This document shows positions 1 through 13,700 of a DNA stretch of 64,000 bases, piece after piece (the stretch's first letter is position 1; each line of letters begins with the position of its first letter). The notes under the pieces are model-generated. The model made no database searches and had not been told where the DNA came from. It worked only from the letters and a program-made list of their open reading frames with translations. The DNA is taken from the NCBI RefSeq assembly GCF_964355755.1, contig NC_092680.1, forward strand, positions 9,114,001 through 9,178,000. Direction: 5' to 3'. The stretch comes from Antedon mediterranea. Its lineage: Eukaryota; Animalia; Echinodermata. The position numbers were made by a program, and so were the translations under genes.

Positions 1-3000
1 CCTCCAAATACAAAGGAAATCTCCGTATTGGAAAATGGCATTCTCAGAATATCTATGTAATGGATTAAAAGCAAACTTTCGAATGAGTAACTGCTAAAAT
101 ACAAGTATGAGACGCTTTGCCAATTTCAATTAAATTTATTTCACGTAAGGCCTATATAGATAAATTCAATAAAAGCATATCAATGTGTACAATAATATAA
201 CTGCGGAAACTTAAAAATGAGTTGGGTCAAAGTGAAAAAGTGTAAAATGGGCAAGAGAAAAAATTCAGATGCCTTTGCTCTCTGGATAAACTACAATTCA
301 AACGGCCGTTTAATACATATGTGACGAAATAACCATCCCCAACACTTTCTCTACAAATCCGAGAGATTGTAAATAGCTATATTTCCTAACTATAGAAAAT
401 CGTTGACTAGCTATGTGTTCCTCAATAAAGTTCTCCCTTAAATGAGGCGCTCTGTCTCGGATTGCAACCGTATCAAGATACAGATATATAGCTCCACATC
501 CGACGTGAAGTGAAGATTGTTCATTTACACTCCATAACTAAAACACAATATTTATTGAAGAAAAAAAAAACGAAACCAAAAAGAGAAAAAAAAACCAGTA
601 CACTGAAATGTTTGAAGTATGACGTGTTCGAAGGCGGTAAACACTAAAAGTTAATTCTTTAATCCTTAATTGATGTTTCAACGAAAAAAATTTTTTTTTA
701 AAATCTAAGACCAAAACCTCTATAAATCTTTTAAGCATATATCTTCTTTGTTTTACCCAGTGTGTCTGCATAGGTCTTATTAGGTCGTTAAATGGTTTTT
801 TTTTTATGTGGATCATAATCACTATTTTCTACAAAGCCTTTACATTCCGTGAAGTTACAAGAAACTAGCCTATTCAATGTTCATTTTTTGTTCAATTCAG
901 TTACCGTATTCATTAATGGTTTAAAATCACTGTAGTCGTAATAAAATAATATTTATGGCAATAAAGATTAGACCCCCAACTCTTTTACCGGCATATGGTT
1001 CATATACTTTTGATGTATATGGTATATCACAAATTTGGTCAAACTGTCAAACGAAGAAATATATTTAAACATTCGTGATAACCAGGGAGCAGCCCTGATA
1101 AAGTAAAGCCACCTATCATGTTCTTTATCTGCCTTCTGAAAGTTACCGTATGTTGCGTATTGTAAATAAAAAATACATATTTGGGTTTCCGGGAGAGGTA
1201 TAGTTTTTCTTCTATTATGCATACATACCCAGGATTATTAAAGATTTCTGAAATCGGAAATAATTGATTTAAAAAGTGTATTTATTATATGGGCTTTGAA
1301 CTTGTTATCTGACATACTTTTCTCTGCTGGTTTATGTGAGCATGATAAGCCGGGTGAAGACATTGATCTTTTTTAAACACCCTTTCTGTTAAAAATAGAT
1401 GCTGTTAATCCATTCAATACAAAAATATCTTGATTAAGATGTATTTTATCGATTACTAAACGATTATTGCGAAGTCATGAATGCACTGGTCAAACCGCAC
1501 GAGAAGACGCACAGGGTCCCAGACAAAAATATGTCAAGTAAAGACTAGCTTTTCAGACAGGCAGACAGACCATGACCTGAAACATACCTCTAAAGGTGAA
1601 CCGTCTCGGCTCCTCGTTGGATGGACATCAGTAAACCCGTCGAGGACTGTCCGTAGAGACCTTGTTTCTATTTTATTGAAAAACGACCAATTAAAACTAA
1701 TGATAGACAAGTGTGTATACAGAGTTGTCGACAAATTTACCTCGTGTACAAACAGCTCATAAATGCTTTAGATTTACTGTTTTTGTCTGTCGACCTTTTT
1801 AACTAACCTATTTTTAAGCTGACCTTGCTATAGGTAATGCCACGGTTCTGCCATCACTAGTTTTTAAAATCAAATAAAAGACTCTCATTTTATGTTAATA
1901 TATTTTGTTTACAGAAATAAAATGTACATTATAAGTAGCTAATCATCATTTTTGTCATTTTATGTCGAAAGCTACTATTGTTTTTCAGTAAAAATATGAA
2001 AACAAAACAAGAATTAATAAATAATTAGATAAAAAGTTATAATAATAATGCTAATAATATTAATGACAATGCTTGTGATGGTATGCGGTGAGAGTTTCTG
2101 ACTCACAGTAATGTTATTTTGGTGGCGATTGCTTTCAATATAGACGTGTTAATAGAACTGCATTCAACATTATTTTCATTTATTCAGCATTAATATAGGC
2201 TACATATCGGTACTAGTTTAAAAACGCATATTGATAGTGAGATAACATGAATGCAAATCTGGCATTTCCATGGCATTTTTCTGGCAACACGTTAATTTCG
2301 AATTCGGAATGTTGTACTGTTATGTTTAAAATACCATGTGGTATATTGGCCAGATTTACACATTTAAGCACGATCTGTGTGATTTTCCCACTTTTTCTTA
2401 ACATACCTTTTCTGTAATAATATTCTCGTAGCCGAGAATAGTGAAAAGAATCTGGGACGTTTTGGGGACCCATAAACCGAGTTTCTGAAGAATTTCCATA
2501 AATCGCAGATCAAACAGTATTACCCCGTCACAAGATCTTGTTGTCAATTACCTGACCCCTGTAACGTGACTTATAAACAATCAATTTCCATATTGCCACC
2601 TGAATTGTAAATATTTTTATCTTTAAATCTAGGACGGTCGAGTGTGTGACCCTACTACTGTATGTAACCCGGACCGGTTTCTACGTTCAGTAGTATATAG
2701 TAATGTTATTTGTTCCTATGTAAATCTACGTTTCTTGAGTCCCACAAAGTGTATTAAAGAATAGATGGAGAAATAATATGTTATATGCAAAAGCTATGCA
2801 TGGAGTATTTCTATAGTGAAAATGTGTTGGTAAAGTATTGTACAAGGCTGTTGTTTTTTTTTATCCAATGGATGATATGATAATACATCCGAAATCAAGA
2901 TTTGTTGATTGAATGATGTATTTAAACATTACAAATCAGACCACGTCAATTATTAAGATTTTCATCATTTTATCTTCTTCATGAAGAACGAACGGTTATT

Positions 3001-3480
3001 GTAAGTGGTTTGAAGTTAAATTTCAATGACGTCACATTGAAATAACATTTTCTTAGTATTTTACATACAATAAAGACTAAACTAATGTTTTCATTTTGTC
3101 TGTGGACTTACAAGGTACGAACGATAAATAAGTTTGCCTAGACTAAATACGCCTAACCTTTTCTCCAACCTAGTAACTAATATAGATCAACGTCGGACTC
3201 TTCATCACTGTCGCAATACTTAAACTATACCAACAGGTCACCTTATCTGACCTGCTTTGCATAGTTTATATATTAATCTTCTTTTTTCAAATTTATACAC
3301 GTTTATTTTGTTAGACACAATTTATGTCTGTTAATTTCTTTAGATGTGCTATTAAACAAATTAACCGTCATTAAAATGTCTGCGTTTCGTGGAAGAACGT
3401 TTTCCTTAATCCTGTAAAATGTCTGAGAATGCGGAAGCTAATTTGTGAATTGTTTTTATAATTATAATTTATTTTGAAGC

Positions 3481-3785
3481 TACACTTTTAAAACAGTGGC
3501 ACAACTTTTGAATGAAGGTGCGTCCAGAGTAAGTAAAATAAAAGTTAGAGAAAACATGATTTAACAATACAGTAGGCCTATTTACAGTACAAGGAAACTT
3601 GAACTAAATTATGTACAAGATATAAAAAAATAACATTAACAAAAGTAATACTTTTGAAACAGTGTCATACTTGAATGAAGGTGCGTCCATAATACAGTAA
3701 AATAAAATAAAAGTTAAAAACAAATGATTTAAAAATAGGCCTATTTACAGTACAAGGAAACTTGAAAACAATTATTTACAAGATT
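3481..3785 (+). repeat. Diverged tandem duplication, about 165 bp
   Basis: tgaatgaaggtgcgtcca...taggcctatttacagtacaaggaaacttga occurs at about 3509-3602 and about 3672-3765. Confidence 0.8.
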
Positions 3786-5297
3786 AAAAGTAATACAGGA
3801 TTTAAAAAGCAAAGAACTAATTATTTTCATTGTTGATTTTGCTTCTCTTTTTCCATGCCCGTTTGGTGAAACCTTTACAAAATCTATCAAATGCAACTTA
3901 AATATTTATAGGAAGATCAAGTACAGGTGAACTAAGAACATACATTCATTTTTGGTCTGTTGTTCCATTTTTAAATTGGTTTTATATGTGTATGTATATT
4001 ACTGCTTGATGAAATCAAAATAATAAATCAATATCTCAGAAACTGAACGAATTAATATTGAAAATTGCAGAAAGCGACAGAGGTCGCGTTATTTAATATT
4101 TCGTCCCATGCGACAGATACAGATAGCTCGAGATTTTAAAAAGTTTTGTGACCAATAATATGGAATTTGACAGGCAGTCTGTTGGTATAGCTAAAACTAT
4201 ATAGCTAAAATGATCAGTGCGGGGATCAGTGCGAGAGATTAGGTAACGTCTCGTGGTACAGTGTTCTGTGAATTGGAAACTAATTTAAAGGAACGATGAG
4301 AAGTAACTTGCTGAAAAATTATTATTATCTCTTCAAATGTCAATGAGTAGACATAAACTTAACAAAGATAAAGGTTATATCAATATTAGCTGAAATGTTT
4401 ACTTAATAAGTGATATACAATTCTCTCTCATTTTCTTTCTGATTAACTTTGTAAATACATCATATAATTTTAATTAAAGTAGTGGCTAGTAGGCCATTTA
4501 CCATATCCCTTATATACGTCTTTTGATAATAGTATTTTATTAATTTTATTATAAAGAGTTGTTGTTGAGAGTGTTTAATTGTCATTTAATTGTTACGCTG
4601 TTGGTGTAAGGGCGGGGGTTGGGGGGGGGGGGTGGCTCTTTCTCATCTGAGTTGTCATAGTACATTAAAAGTATCGAAAACGGCAATTAAGGACCGTGTT
4701 TATTGTATTAGAATACGAAAGTAAAGAACGTAAATAATTTGATTGTTAATAAAAGTGATTGTAAGTTTAACATGCTTCAAAAAAGGGAAAGAATTACTTA
4801 AATTAATAAAATCTTAAGGGTTTTGTTCATAATTTAAATAACGAACGTATTGAAACTAAAGTAAAGTATGGAGTAATAATAAGAGCAAATCTTAATGGAA
4901 ATAACTTTTTTAATTGGCTAAACACCAATTTCAGGCGTGTTCAAATTAATCCGAACCGCCCTGACAACAAACCAATTCAATTTGAAAGTTTATGAAACTG
5001 AATATAAACAACGTGTTTTGTTAGTTACAGCCTAAAGGGGAAAATGTGTGCAGTAAACACTCTATTTCGTAGTCCTAAATAAAATGCTAAATATATATAC
5101 ATATTTCATTACTTAGTATGTGTTTAAAATAGCTTGATATTTTTTTCTTTTCAGGAAAGTACACAACACAATTGACATACTTATACATAGCCAAACCGTC
5201 CGATTTATGCTGATGAAATTCAATTCCCCGTAGTGTCAACATACGTCGTTTATGTACGACTGCAATGACCCAGACGGGGACCGGCCAACTTCTTGCC

Positions 5298-5383
5298 TAT
5301 ATAAAATGAAGACATGCATGTTGCAACCCAGAATTGACATTTCAGTAGACTGAAGAACATAAAACCTACACGAGTATTTACAG
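5298..5383 (+). promoter_or_regulatory. Candidate distal TATA promoter and short non-coding first exon
   Basis: TATATAAAA at 5298-5306; initiator-like CA at about 5330 and TCAGT at 5342; consensus donor CAG|GTAAGT at 5383/5384, upstream of the 6985 signal exon. Confidence 0.5.
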
Positions 5384-6984
5384 GTAAGTTAAGTTAAGCT
5401 TTGAAAGATATTTGTTTGTGTCTTAACACTTAACTTCGTGTTTGATTTTTCTTAGGATGTTTTACATTAGATACATCCACGACTTGGTGTATACCATTTT
5501 TTATATAATCCGGCGACAGACCAAAATACGTTTTAATTGTTTTGCAACCGATATGTATTTTGATAATTAATCAAGTTTGTTAATTAATCAAGTTGTTAAT
5601 GCCCTTGTGAGTCAAAAACGGTGTTTCTCACAGTTCAGACAAATTATATTAGTAATGGCGTAGCATTGTCAATTGCGAGTATGTTCACCACATAACGTAG
5701 CGTACAACTTGTAAACAGCTGGCATTATGGCGTTGTTAAGGCTTGGTTCCCACTAGGATGCAACGTAAGGACGAAGCGAACTCCAACACATGACCAATCG
5801 GGAATGATTGGATAGTGCGAACTATCGCTTGTGATTGCGTTGCGCCTATTTCGTTCCGATGCGCACGGCGTTCACGCTTACCTCACCCACTACACTACCC
5901 ACAGTTGTCTGAGGTCACGCCCTTTATTGGGAAAAGTTGATTCCTTTATACATATGTAGCAGAAGTTATGCAGTATATCCTATCTGGAAGAGGAGGGGTG
6001 GGTGGGAAATTGTAATCGAAGTTGGACCAATCAATACACAAGCTATCTCTTCTAACATTTTATTTTAGTTAAAAAATGTATTTCTATGATACTCGCATAC
6101 AAAGATATTTGGTAATAATTTTGTCACCGAGTCTGTCATAAATTAGCTTACATAATGTTCATACATGATATAACCTTGTGCTCTTGAACTGGTGCATTCA
6201 AATTTCTCATTAAGGGTAGACATTTACTCTTCATCACAGAACCCAATATTAATGAAAAGTTTTCTTACATTACATGATTCATGTAAGAAGACAAGGGTAT
6301 TCAATCAACCGCTTGAGCACCGCCATAGGGAAATAAAGTTCAGGTTCAACGAATTTTAAAAACACTTTCCTCATGAGCTCCTTCCCAGGGGCGTGTATGA
6401 GGCAACTGGGAGGCGAGTGCTGAAAATGGTTCTGGAATGAATATATCTTGATGATCGACATCGACAAACGAAAGCCGAATATAATAGTCCCTTAGCTTAG
6501 ATAAATAAGCAGCGCATCTATAATTTAATTATTTTCTGTTCTTATTGTTTTTACGAAAGCTTTTAAGTTAAAGACAGTTCAATCTGCGTGATTGCAGGCC
6601 ATGGTACATGTGGTAGGAAATGATACATGCGATAGGCCATGGTACATGCGGTAGGCCTACACATCAGAGTGATTGACTTTGATTTTACCGACAATCAGCC
6701 GTCCATTTGTAGGGACAGAACTTTGGAACCAATTATTAAACACTCACTGATAATTTTACTCGTTTGCTGTTATACAGTGTGCATTACATCATAGTCGCGC
6801 CTGCAGCAACAACTTAAGTAGTCAAACTGGGACATACAAAAGATGGACCGGTAAATTAAATAATAACATAAAACAACTCATAGTCTCACATATTTCCCTA
6901 GCAACTGTAATCGATAGGAAATAGTCTAAAAATCTAAATATTCGTAAACGTATTTTTCTCTTTTTATAAAGGTATATTTAGAGT

Positions 6985-7072
6985 ATGATGTTCTTAGCAT
7001 ATGTTATATTGGTTTTGTCTGCAGTACAGCTTACCACAACTCGAGGCAACACCACATTGCAGCAAAGAAAAG
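6985..7072 (+). CDS. FST: Probable alternative first coding (signal-peptide) exon of follistatin
   Basis: MMFLAYVILVLSAVQLTTTRGNTTLQQRK+G|gtaagg: hydrophobic signal-like core, preceded by a polypyrimidine tract and AG (6971 or 6981). It ends in phase 1, compatible with the 18918 acceptor. I found no other recognisable downstream coding exon that it could belong to. Confidence 0.6.
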
Positions 7073-10000
7073 GTAAGGCCTGCATTTACTACTATTCATC
7101 ACTATCAAATCGGTCTACATTGACGTAATACGTGCTCATAACAAAAGAAATTAATTTGACCATTGAACTATCCGTGATTACAAATGTATGCACTGTAATT
7201 AATACTAATAGCGTTATGATTCACATAAATATAACTAAAAAACATCTTCGTCTGATTAATTTTTGAATCGTATTTTATACTGTATTCATTTTTTTTTTAA
7301 ATTTCTAATCGAAGAATTAGAAACTCAGATTTAAGTCTTCCAGATCAGTGTCCGATATCTCACTTTACCAGATCCAGAAAACTCGGACATCTGCAAGTTT
7401 TCCTGATCTAGAAGTCAGATATCTGAGTTTTCCCGATCTAAAATTCAAATATCTTCCGCATTTAAAAATAAGTTTTTTTTCAGATCTAGAAAAGTCGTAT
7501 TTCTGACTGTTCCAGATCTAGAAAAGACAGATGCCGTTTGAATAAACGCCTCCGTCGAATAAACGCCCTGCCAATTTCCCATAGAATAAGTGGCCCGCCA
7601 TATTTATAATATTATACAGTCCACTACTCTACACAAACTACTGTATTATAACATATTTCGATTTGTACTAGTAGACTTTTCATTTTTCGCGTTGATCTGG
7701 TTTCTAACTTTTTTAAATTATTGGTCGCCAAAAAAACAAAAGTACACATGAAACAAATATAAACTATTAACACAATGTAATAAAATATGAATGTTTTGTT
7801 TATCCAACGGTCCAACGGTCCAACGGTCCAAAAACTATAACTTAGTTCATGATTGCCACACAGAGCGATCGATATGTTATAACACACTGTTTTTAGAATT
7901 CTATAAAAATCGTTTTCAAAGTTTGAGTTGACATATAAAATGAAGTATGGCATTTACGTCAGTCCGGTCGAGAAAAGGTCATTTCAGGTGAGAAAGGTTT
8001 GTTTTACGATACGAATATCATTATGTAACCCTGGATAGAAAATAATTTATATAATATATGTCAAACAAGTCACATGCCCTTTCTTTATGGTTGTATTTGG
8101 TTTATATGCCAGCGTGCGCCGGACAACATTTTGAAAACAATAATGTATATACATTTACAGGCTAGCATGAGACGCTCTCTCAACCGCCTGGTGCCATACT
8201 GTAAACTATTACCCTAATTAATTATTAAACGGTAAGGATGAATACTGTGAGAATGACAAAAAACCGTCCCAACCGAGAGATATGTTTAGTTTTAGAATAT
8301 TTATGAACATGTACCAAGTCTGTTGGTACCTCGTTTAGCTACAGAAGACGCCAAGCCCCAAGTGCACACGTTTTCTTATTCTGAGTTGTGAACATTTGTT
8401 GTGATAATAAACTTTTAGATATTGTATCCTGATGTTTCATGCGTGGATAGTGCGATATAGTCGCCGACTCTAATACGGCTACAACATGCTACTTCTGATT
8501 AGTCTAAATTTTAGACGGCGGTAATATTGAGCACATAATGCGTTTCATACGTATAATACTTTAGTTTTCAGACACAAATCGAAACGACAAATGGTGAACT
8601 CACTCGCAACATAAAAAGACACAATCTAATAGACTTGGGGACAACATCTGACGTGCCGGAATGTTATTGCCTGACTTATGATGCATAGCACCCTCTAAAT
8701 GCAATTTTGGTTGATAACTTTTATAATTTATACTCATTAAATGGTTATTATCAATTAAAAGTGTTTTTATTGGAGTTGTGATTTATAAAAACCCTACCAT
8801 ATTATAATATTTAGCCTTTGTATTCCTGTAGCAAACAGTGAACCTGTCTTTCATTGCATGCTATTATAAGGCTAAATTCCGATTAAAATCATCTATTTCC
8901 GAATATAAAAGGGAATGTATTAACGTCGTAACGATTGATTTTAATTTATAGCGTGAGTAATCAATTTTTATTGACACACTTTGGCCTATCTTCTCTCGAG
9001 CGTTCATATTCTGTACAATGCGTAGAGATCAGTTCAGCCCTCTACTCACCACCATTTCGTTTTCTCCAATCTCATTATGGATAAAATAGTAGGCCTGAAT
9101 TGCAGTGTCTTAAACCGCACCAGTACAGAATGCGGTGCTGACGGGATGCGTTGAACAAATCAAGTGTCTTGATGATTTGCTTATTCGATTACAGAGGGGT
9201 CGTCGGCCTCCGATAATCAAATATTGATAACATTAATAGGGCAACAAAATATTGATATGGGCCTAAAATTAAAATATAATTTAATACTAAGGTTATTATG
9301 ACCATCAACATCACATGATATCTTATCAATTACAATATATTGTACGCCACCATATGCCTAGCCACCATAAGCCTTGAGAATAATGTTATTGATGTAAGCA
9401 AACTAATTCCTCCGTGATATCAGGCTCCACTCCTAAAACAATTACATTACATCCGAACTAAACAAAATCTCCTTCAACTCACTACCTCCGTAAATGATAT
9501 AATACTGACGCTTAGGTAATGACATTTTTATTTATTTGGGATATTATGGAAATAGTCTTTGATATATAATTTCCTACTTTTTAATGGTCTTTAATTTGAC
9601 AGCACTAGAGACACTAAAGTGCGTTTACGCCCCCACACTCGTGAATTAAATGTTCCACCATCTCGTAATATCGGAAATTTGAAGACAGCATTTTCAACTT
9701 TAGAGTTTCATCTGATTACACATAATAATTATAAACACATAACATAAAACTGTGAGAATGATAGTCTAAAAGTTACTCGGTTGTCAGGCCTATCGTTAGT
9801 ATAGATTATTAACGTGATTGGTTGACGGAAGTGTTAGGATTGAGTAAGTTATTACCATATTTTCTAATGAGGGCGCCTTCGGAATAAAAAAAAGAAACCC
9901 CAATCTATGAATTTGTTATCGAATCTTGTATTGACTTGGATTTAAAGATTCAGAAAACACAATACGATGTTGTGTAATATGAATACAATTTGTATTATTG

Positions 10001-10618
10001 TTGAGGGGACTAATAATGATATCACAACCCAGCGCCATTAAATATAGTGATGACGCCATATTTATATAACATTTCCATCATGAGGAGATGTAGAATTTTG
10101 TCGACGGCTTAAACAGCTTAACTTGATAAATGGGCTGACTCAATCAGACAATTAGCATTTTGTCAAGAGGGAAAAAACAGGGACACTTCCCTACTTTGGA
10201 ATATTATAACGCATTAACTAAAAAGGCAATGTCTGGTTATACGTCCTAGAAGGAGTAATAGTTTTAAAGCTTCCCACTATAGAATGCAACGCAAAGACGC
10301 AATGTATCGACGCAAAGTGCCGTATGAACATAACCTTGCATGTCATACAAGTGGGAAACAAATACCGTTAGAAATAATGATTAAACTCGAAAATTGAAAA
10401 AAAATCCTCACGTTGCGTCGGTTACGTTGTGTTTATTAGAACCAATTAAGCATTTTTAAACGATTTATTGAGATAATGTAATATTATTCTGGAATAATGT
10501 TAACCCACGGGGACTTTTATTGACACGTTTTCTTCTAAATGGAGCCAGGAGTTTTATGTGCGAACGTAGCTTAACGGACGGTAACAATGTTTAACATACT
10601 CTCGGCAAACTTCTGTTA

Positions 10619-10797
10619 AGCGTGGTTCCCACTAGCGACGCAACACAAGGACGTAACGCAACGCAAGTGAATTGACCAATCACAAGCGATGGCTTATTGG
10701 CTTGTGATTGCTAACTGTATATAACTTCGCTTGTCATTGGTTAAAACGCTTGCGTTGCGTTTACGTCTTTGCGTTACGTTCTAGTGAGAACCAAGCT
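10619..10797. mobile_element. PIF/Harbinger-like MITE (full copy)
   Basis: TIRs AGCGTGGTTCCCACTAG / CTAGTGAGAACCAAGCT with a TTA duplication on both sides. A near-identical inverted copy lies at 29386-29570; fragments at about 5740, 10268, 26460-26575 and 35872-36018. Confidence 0.75.
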
Positions 10798-13700
10798 TTA
10801 GTCAACACGACTCGTTACAAGCGATAGCTCTTGTCGTCGCCTGCTACGCCGCACTTTGTAAGTAATTATCGTCGCACTATTTTATAATAACCTCAATTTG
10901 TAGTAACGTTTTCGCACTTTTTTTATTTAAGTTTTACTACTGTATTAGAAAGTACTATCACAAACGTTATCAGAAACGTATCTAAACCGTAACAAGTTCT
11001 CGATAAGTAGTAATTTGACCAATCACAAGTGCTGATGATCCACTTGCGTTGGGAAGGGAGTTACGTGTTGAACGCATCATCCTCATAAGATCGTCGTTAA
11101 GCTATCGGTGTGATTGTATTATTATTATTTATTCAGGCAAAAGATACATTTTACAAAATACAATACAAATCAACAAATTAAACAAGCGAGGCACCCTCAA
11201 AATAAGGGGAGGTAAAGCTATGTATACATCATTTTTAGTAGGATCATAGCTCGAGAGTAGCTGTACTTAGTACGTCAGTAGCAAGGTTATCTCCCTAGTA
11301 GATGTACAAGCTATCCAGGGGACAAATACTAATAGGCCAAAGCTGCGGCAATAATTATAACACCTATAAAACGCACTGTTCTATAATATTTATATAGTTG
11401 TCATATTTTGTCACCATCCAACTGTGATTTTAATTACAAAACTTAATTTATTATCAACGATTTCCTTGGCTAACAGTAAAACATAAATATTATTGTAACA
11501 TAGTTAATTATAAAGTACAACATATTATAGTATTAGTTGTAAGTTAATGTGTTCGGCAACGTGTGCTGACGAAACACGGCGTTATCTACACCCCCGGTTG
11601 TGTCAAAATATTTACCCAGACTATGTCTGTCTGCGAATTAGAGAGAGGAATGTGGACACTGTGAATTTCGAACCCTTAATACATCATTTTTGTTCAGTAG
11701 GCCAGCAAAAAAACTCCAAAAAACTAGAGATTGGATAGTGCCACCATGACCACTCTGTTCATAATTAGATAACGAATCGGTGCTTGTCTTCATAAGTGGC
11801 TAATTCATTTATTAAATCTTTGTGATCAGCTAGAAATAAATGAAAATAGAACTACGGCATAAAAACGCATAATGTATATTAGTCCTCTGTGGAATTTTAC
11901 AGAATAAAGTGACGGTGGATTAGAAGCTCGAAGATGAGAAAAGGTCACACGCTATTTAAAAAGTCTTGCATCATTTAAAATGTCATGACCATTAAGTAAA
12001 AACAAATTAGGCGTTTGACAGAATTAGAAAGAAAAGCGAACAAAGATTTTCTAAAATTGCTTATACCATATTAAACCTTAAACTATTTAAAATTAACTTT
12101 TATTAAATTTTATTTTAATTTGTTAGCCTCGGGTCTTTGATTACAGGGCAAAATTCAATGTTGTTTCTTGATGCCTAATCACTTCCTGACTATGCCATCG
12201 TCAGTAAGTAGAGATAAATTTGTTGGTTTTGCCCAAAGTAGGCTACGGTATCAGACATAAGTTGCATTTATATAAACGTCAGCCTTTAATTAAAAAGTGT
12301 TAACGCTCCCAGACTTCAGTAGAAAGATTGGTGTTTAGAAAGAAAATAAGTAGCAGTTGTTGATGCCCAAATTGGTTGTTGCTCAAGCTCAATCATGGTC
12401 GATCGAAGTGTTTTGTCTTTTAGAAAGAGATAGCAGTTGGCATGTTGTCGAAACCATCATGCTTGGTTGTCGTTTAGTAAGAGGTGCCTAGTTGAGCGAT
12501 CCCTGTGACATTAAAATAAATAGGATTTATAAAGAAAATATTATAGTGCAGTTATACATTACCGTGTTATAACCGTGGTTCATAATCACAGTTGTATTAA
12601 TATGAATTCATATGTATTTAAGAATTTTAACAAAAGATGATACTTCGCTTAATAGTTGGTTAATTATTGATTTTAACATCTGGTTTTAGAATTTGAAGAA
12701 GAAATTGTTTTAAAGTTGGTATAGAACTATGCTAAATGTTGCCAAATTATGCCAACCAGATCATTTTTCAACTTGTTGTTAGAGTGGACTGCTGCTGTAG
12801 GTTTTTTTGGAATTAAGAATTTAGCAAGACTCAGTTTGTTTCTATTCCTCAATTCCAGAAATACGTGTGTTACTAGAGGTCTGCTCCTGCAACTTATATT
12901 TTTACAAAGTATAAAGTAAATACTGTACTATAATGAATACACAGACCCATGAGTATTTGACAGTAATGCATTATAACCCCCATTAATGAAAAATTCCCCT
13001 TCGGCAAAATCAATTGTCACTATTTAAATAAATCATATCACGAATAAATGACAACATTCTTTCAGTTTGAAGTTGACCAATCATGTTCCCCTGAGGCTGT
13101 TATATTTCCAAGAAACAATCTTTGAAAAAAGGCGTCTGTTGACCCGTGATTATTGACAATTGGTGTGGAAAGTGGTCAATTTGACCAATACTGTATTTTT
13201 CGACCCCTATGGTACCAACCGCACCGATAGAAGTAACTATTTTGGAATTGCATATTTTGGTGTGAATTCCTTCAACATTCCCCATTAATAATAACTATAT
13301 AGGCTCTATATCAATCAATATATCAATTTTTGTCATCTTTCCAACTATTAAATATTTTTAACCTATCGTTTATTATTTCACTAGAATACTGAGCCTAATA
13401 GTAACCTATTGACTTGAGGGAAATGATATGATCTTAGCTAAAAATCACCAGAATTTACATAACCATTATTATCGATTTTTTTTAAATTACTGAGGACGTT
13501 CACTAAATATAAACCCTTATAAATAAAAATTAATATATATCATTATTAATTTTTCGAAAAATAATTTTCGAAAAATTAATAAATAAGTAAACACAAATTT
13601 AGATGAGTCTATAGATTGGTGGTCCTTGCTAGAAAGTGTTGTTGTAAAATTATCTTAATTTTTTTGTTTGTTTTCGATTATCTAAATCTAAACATATGTA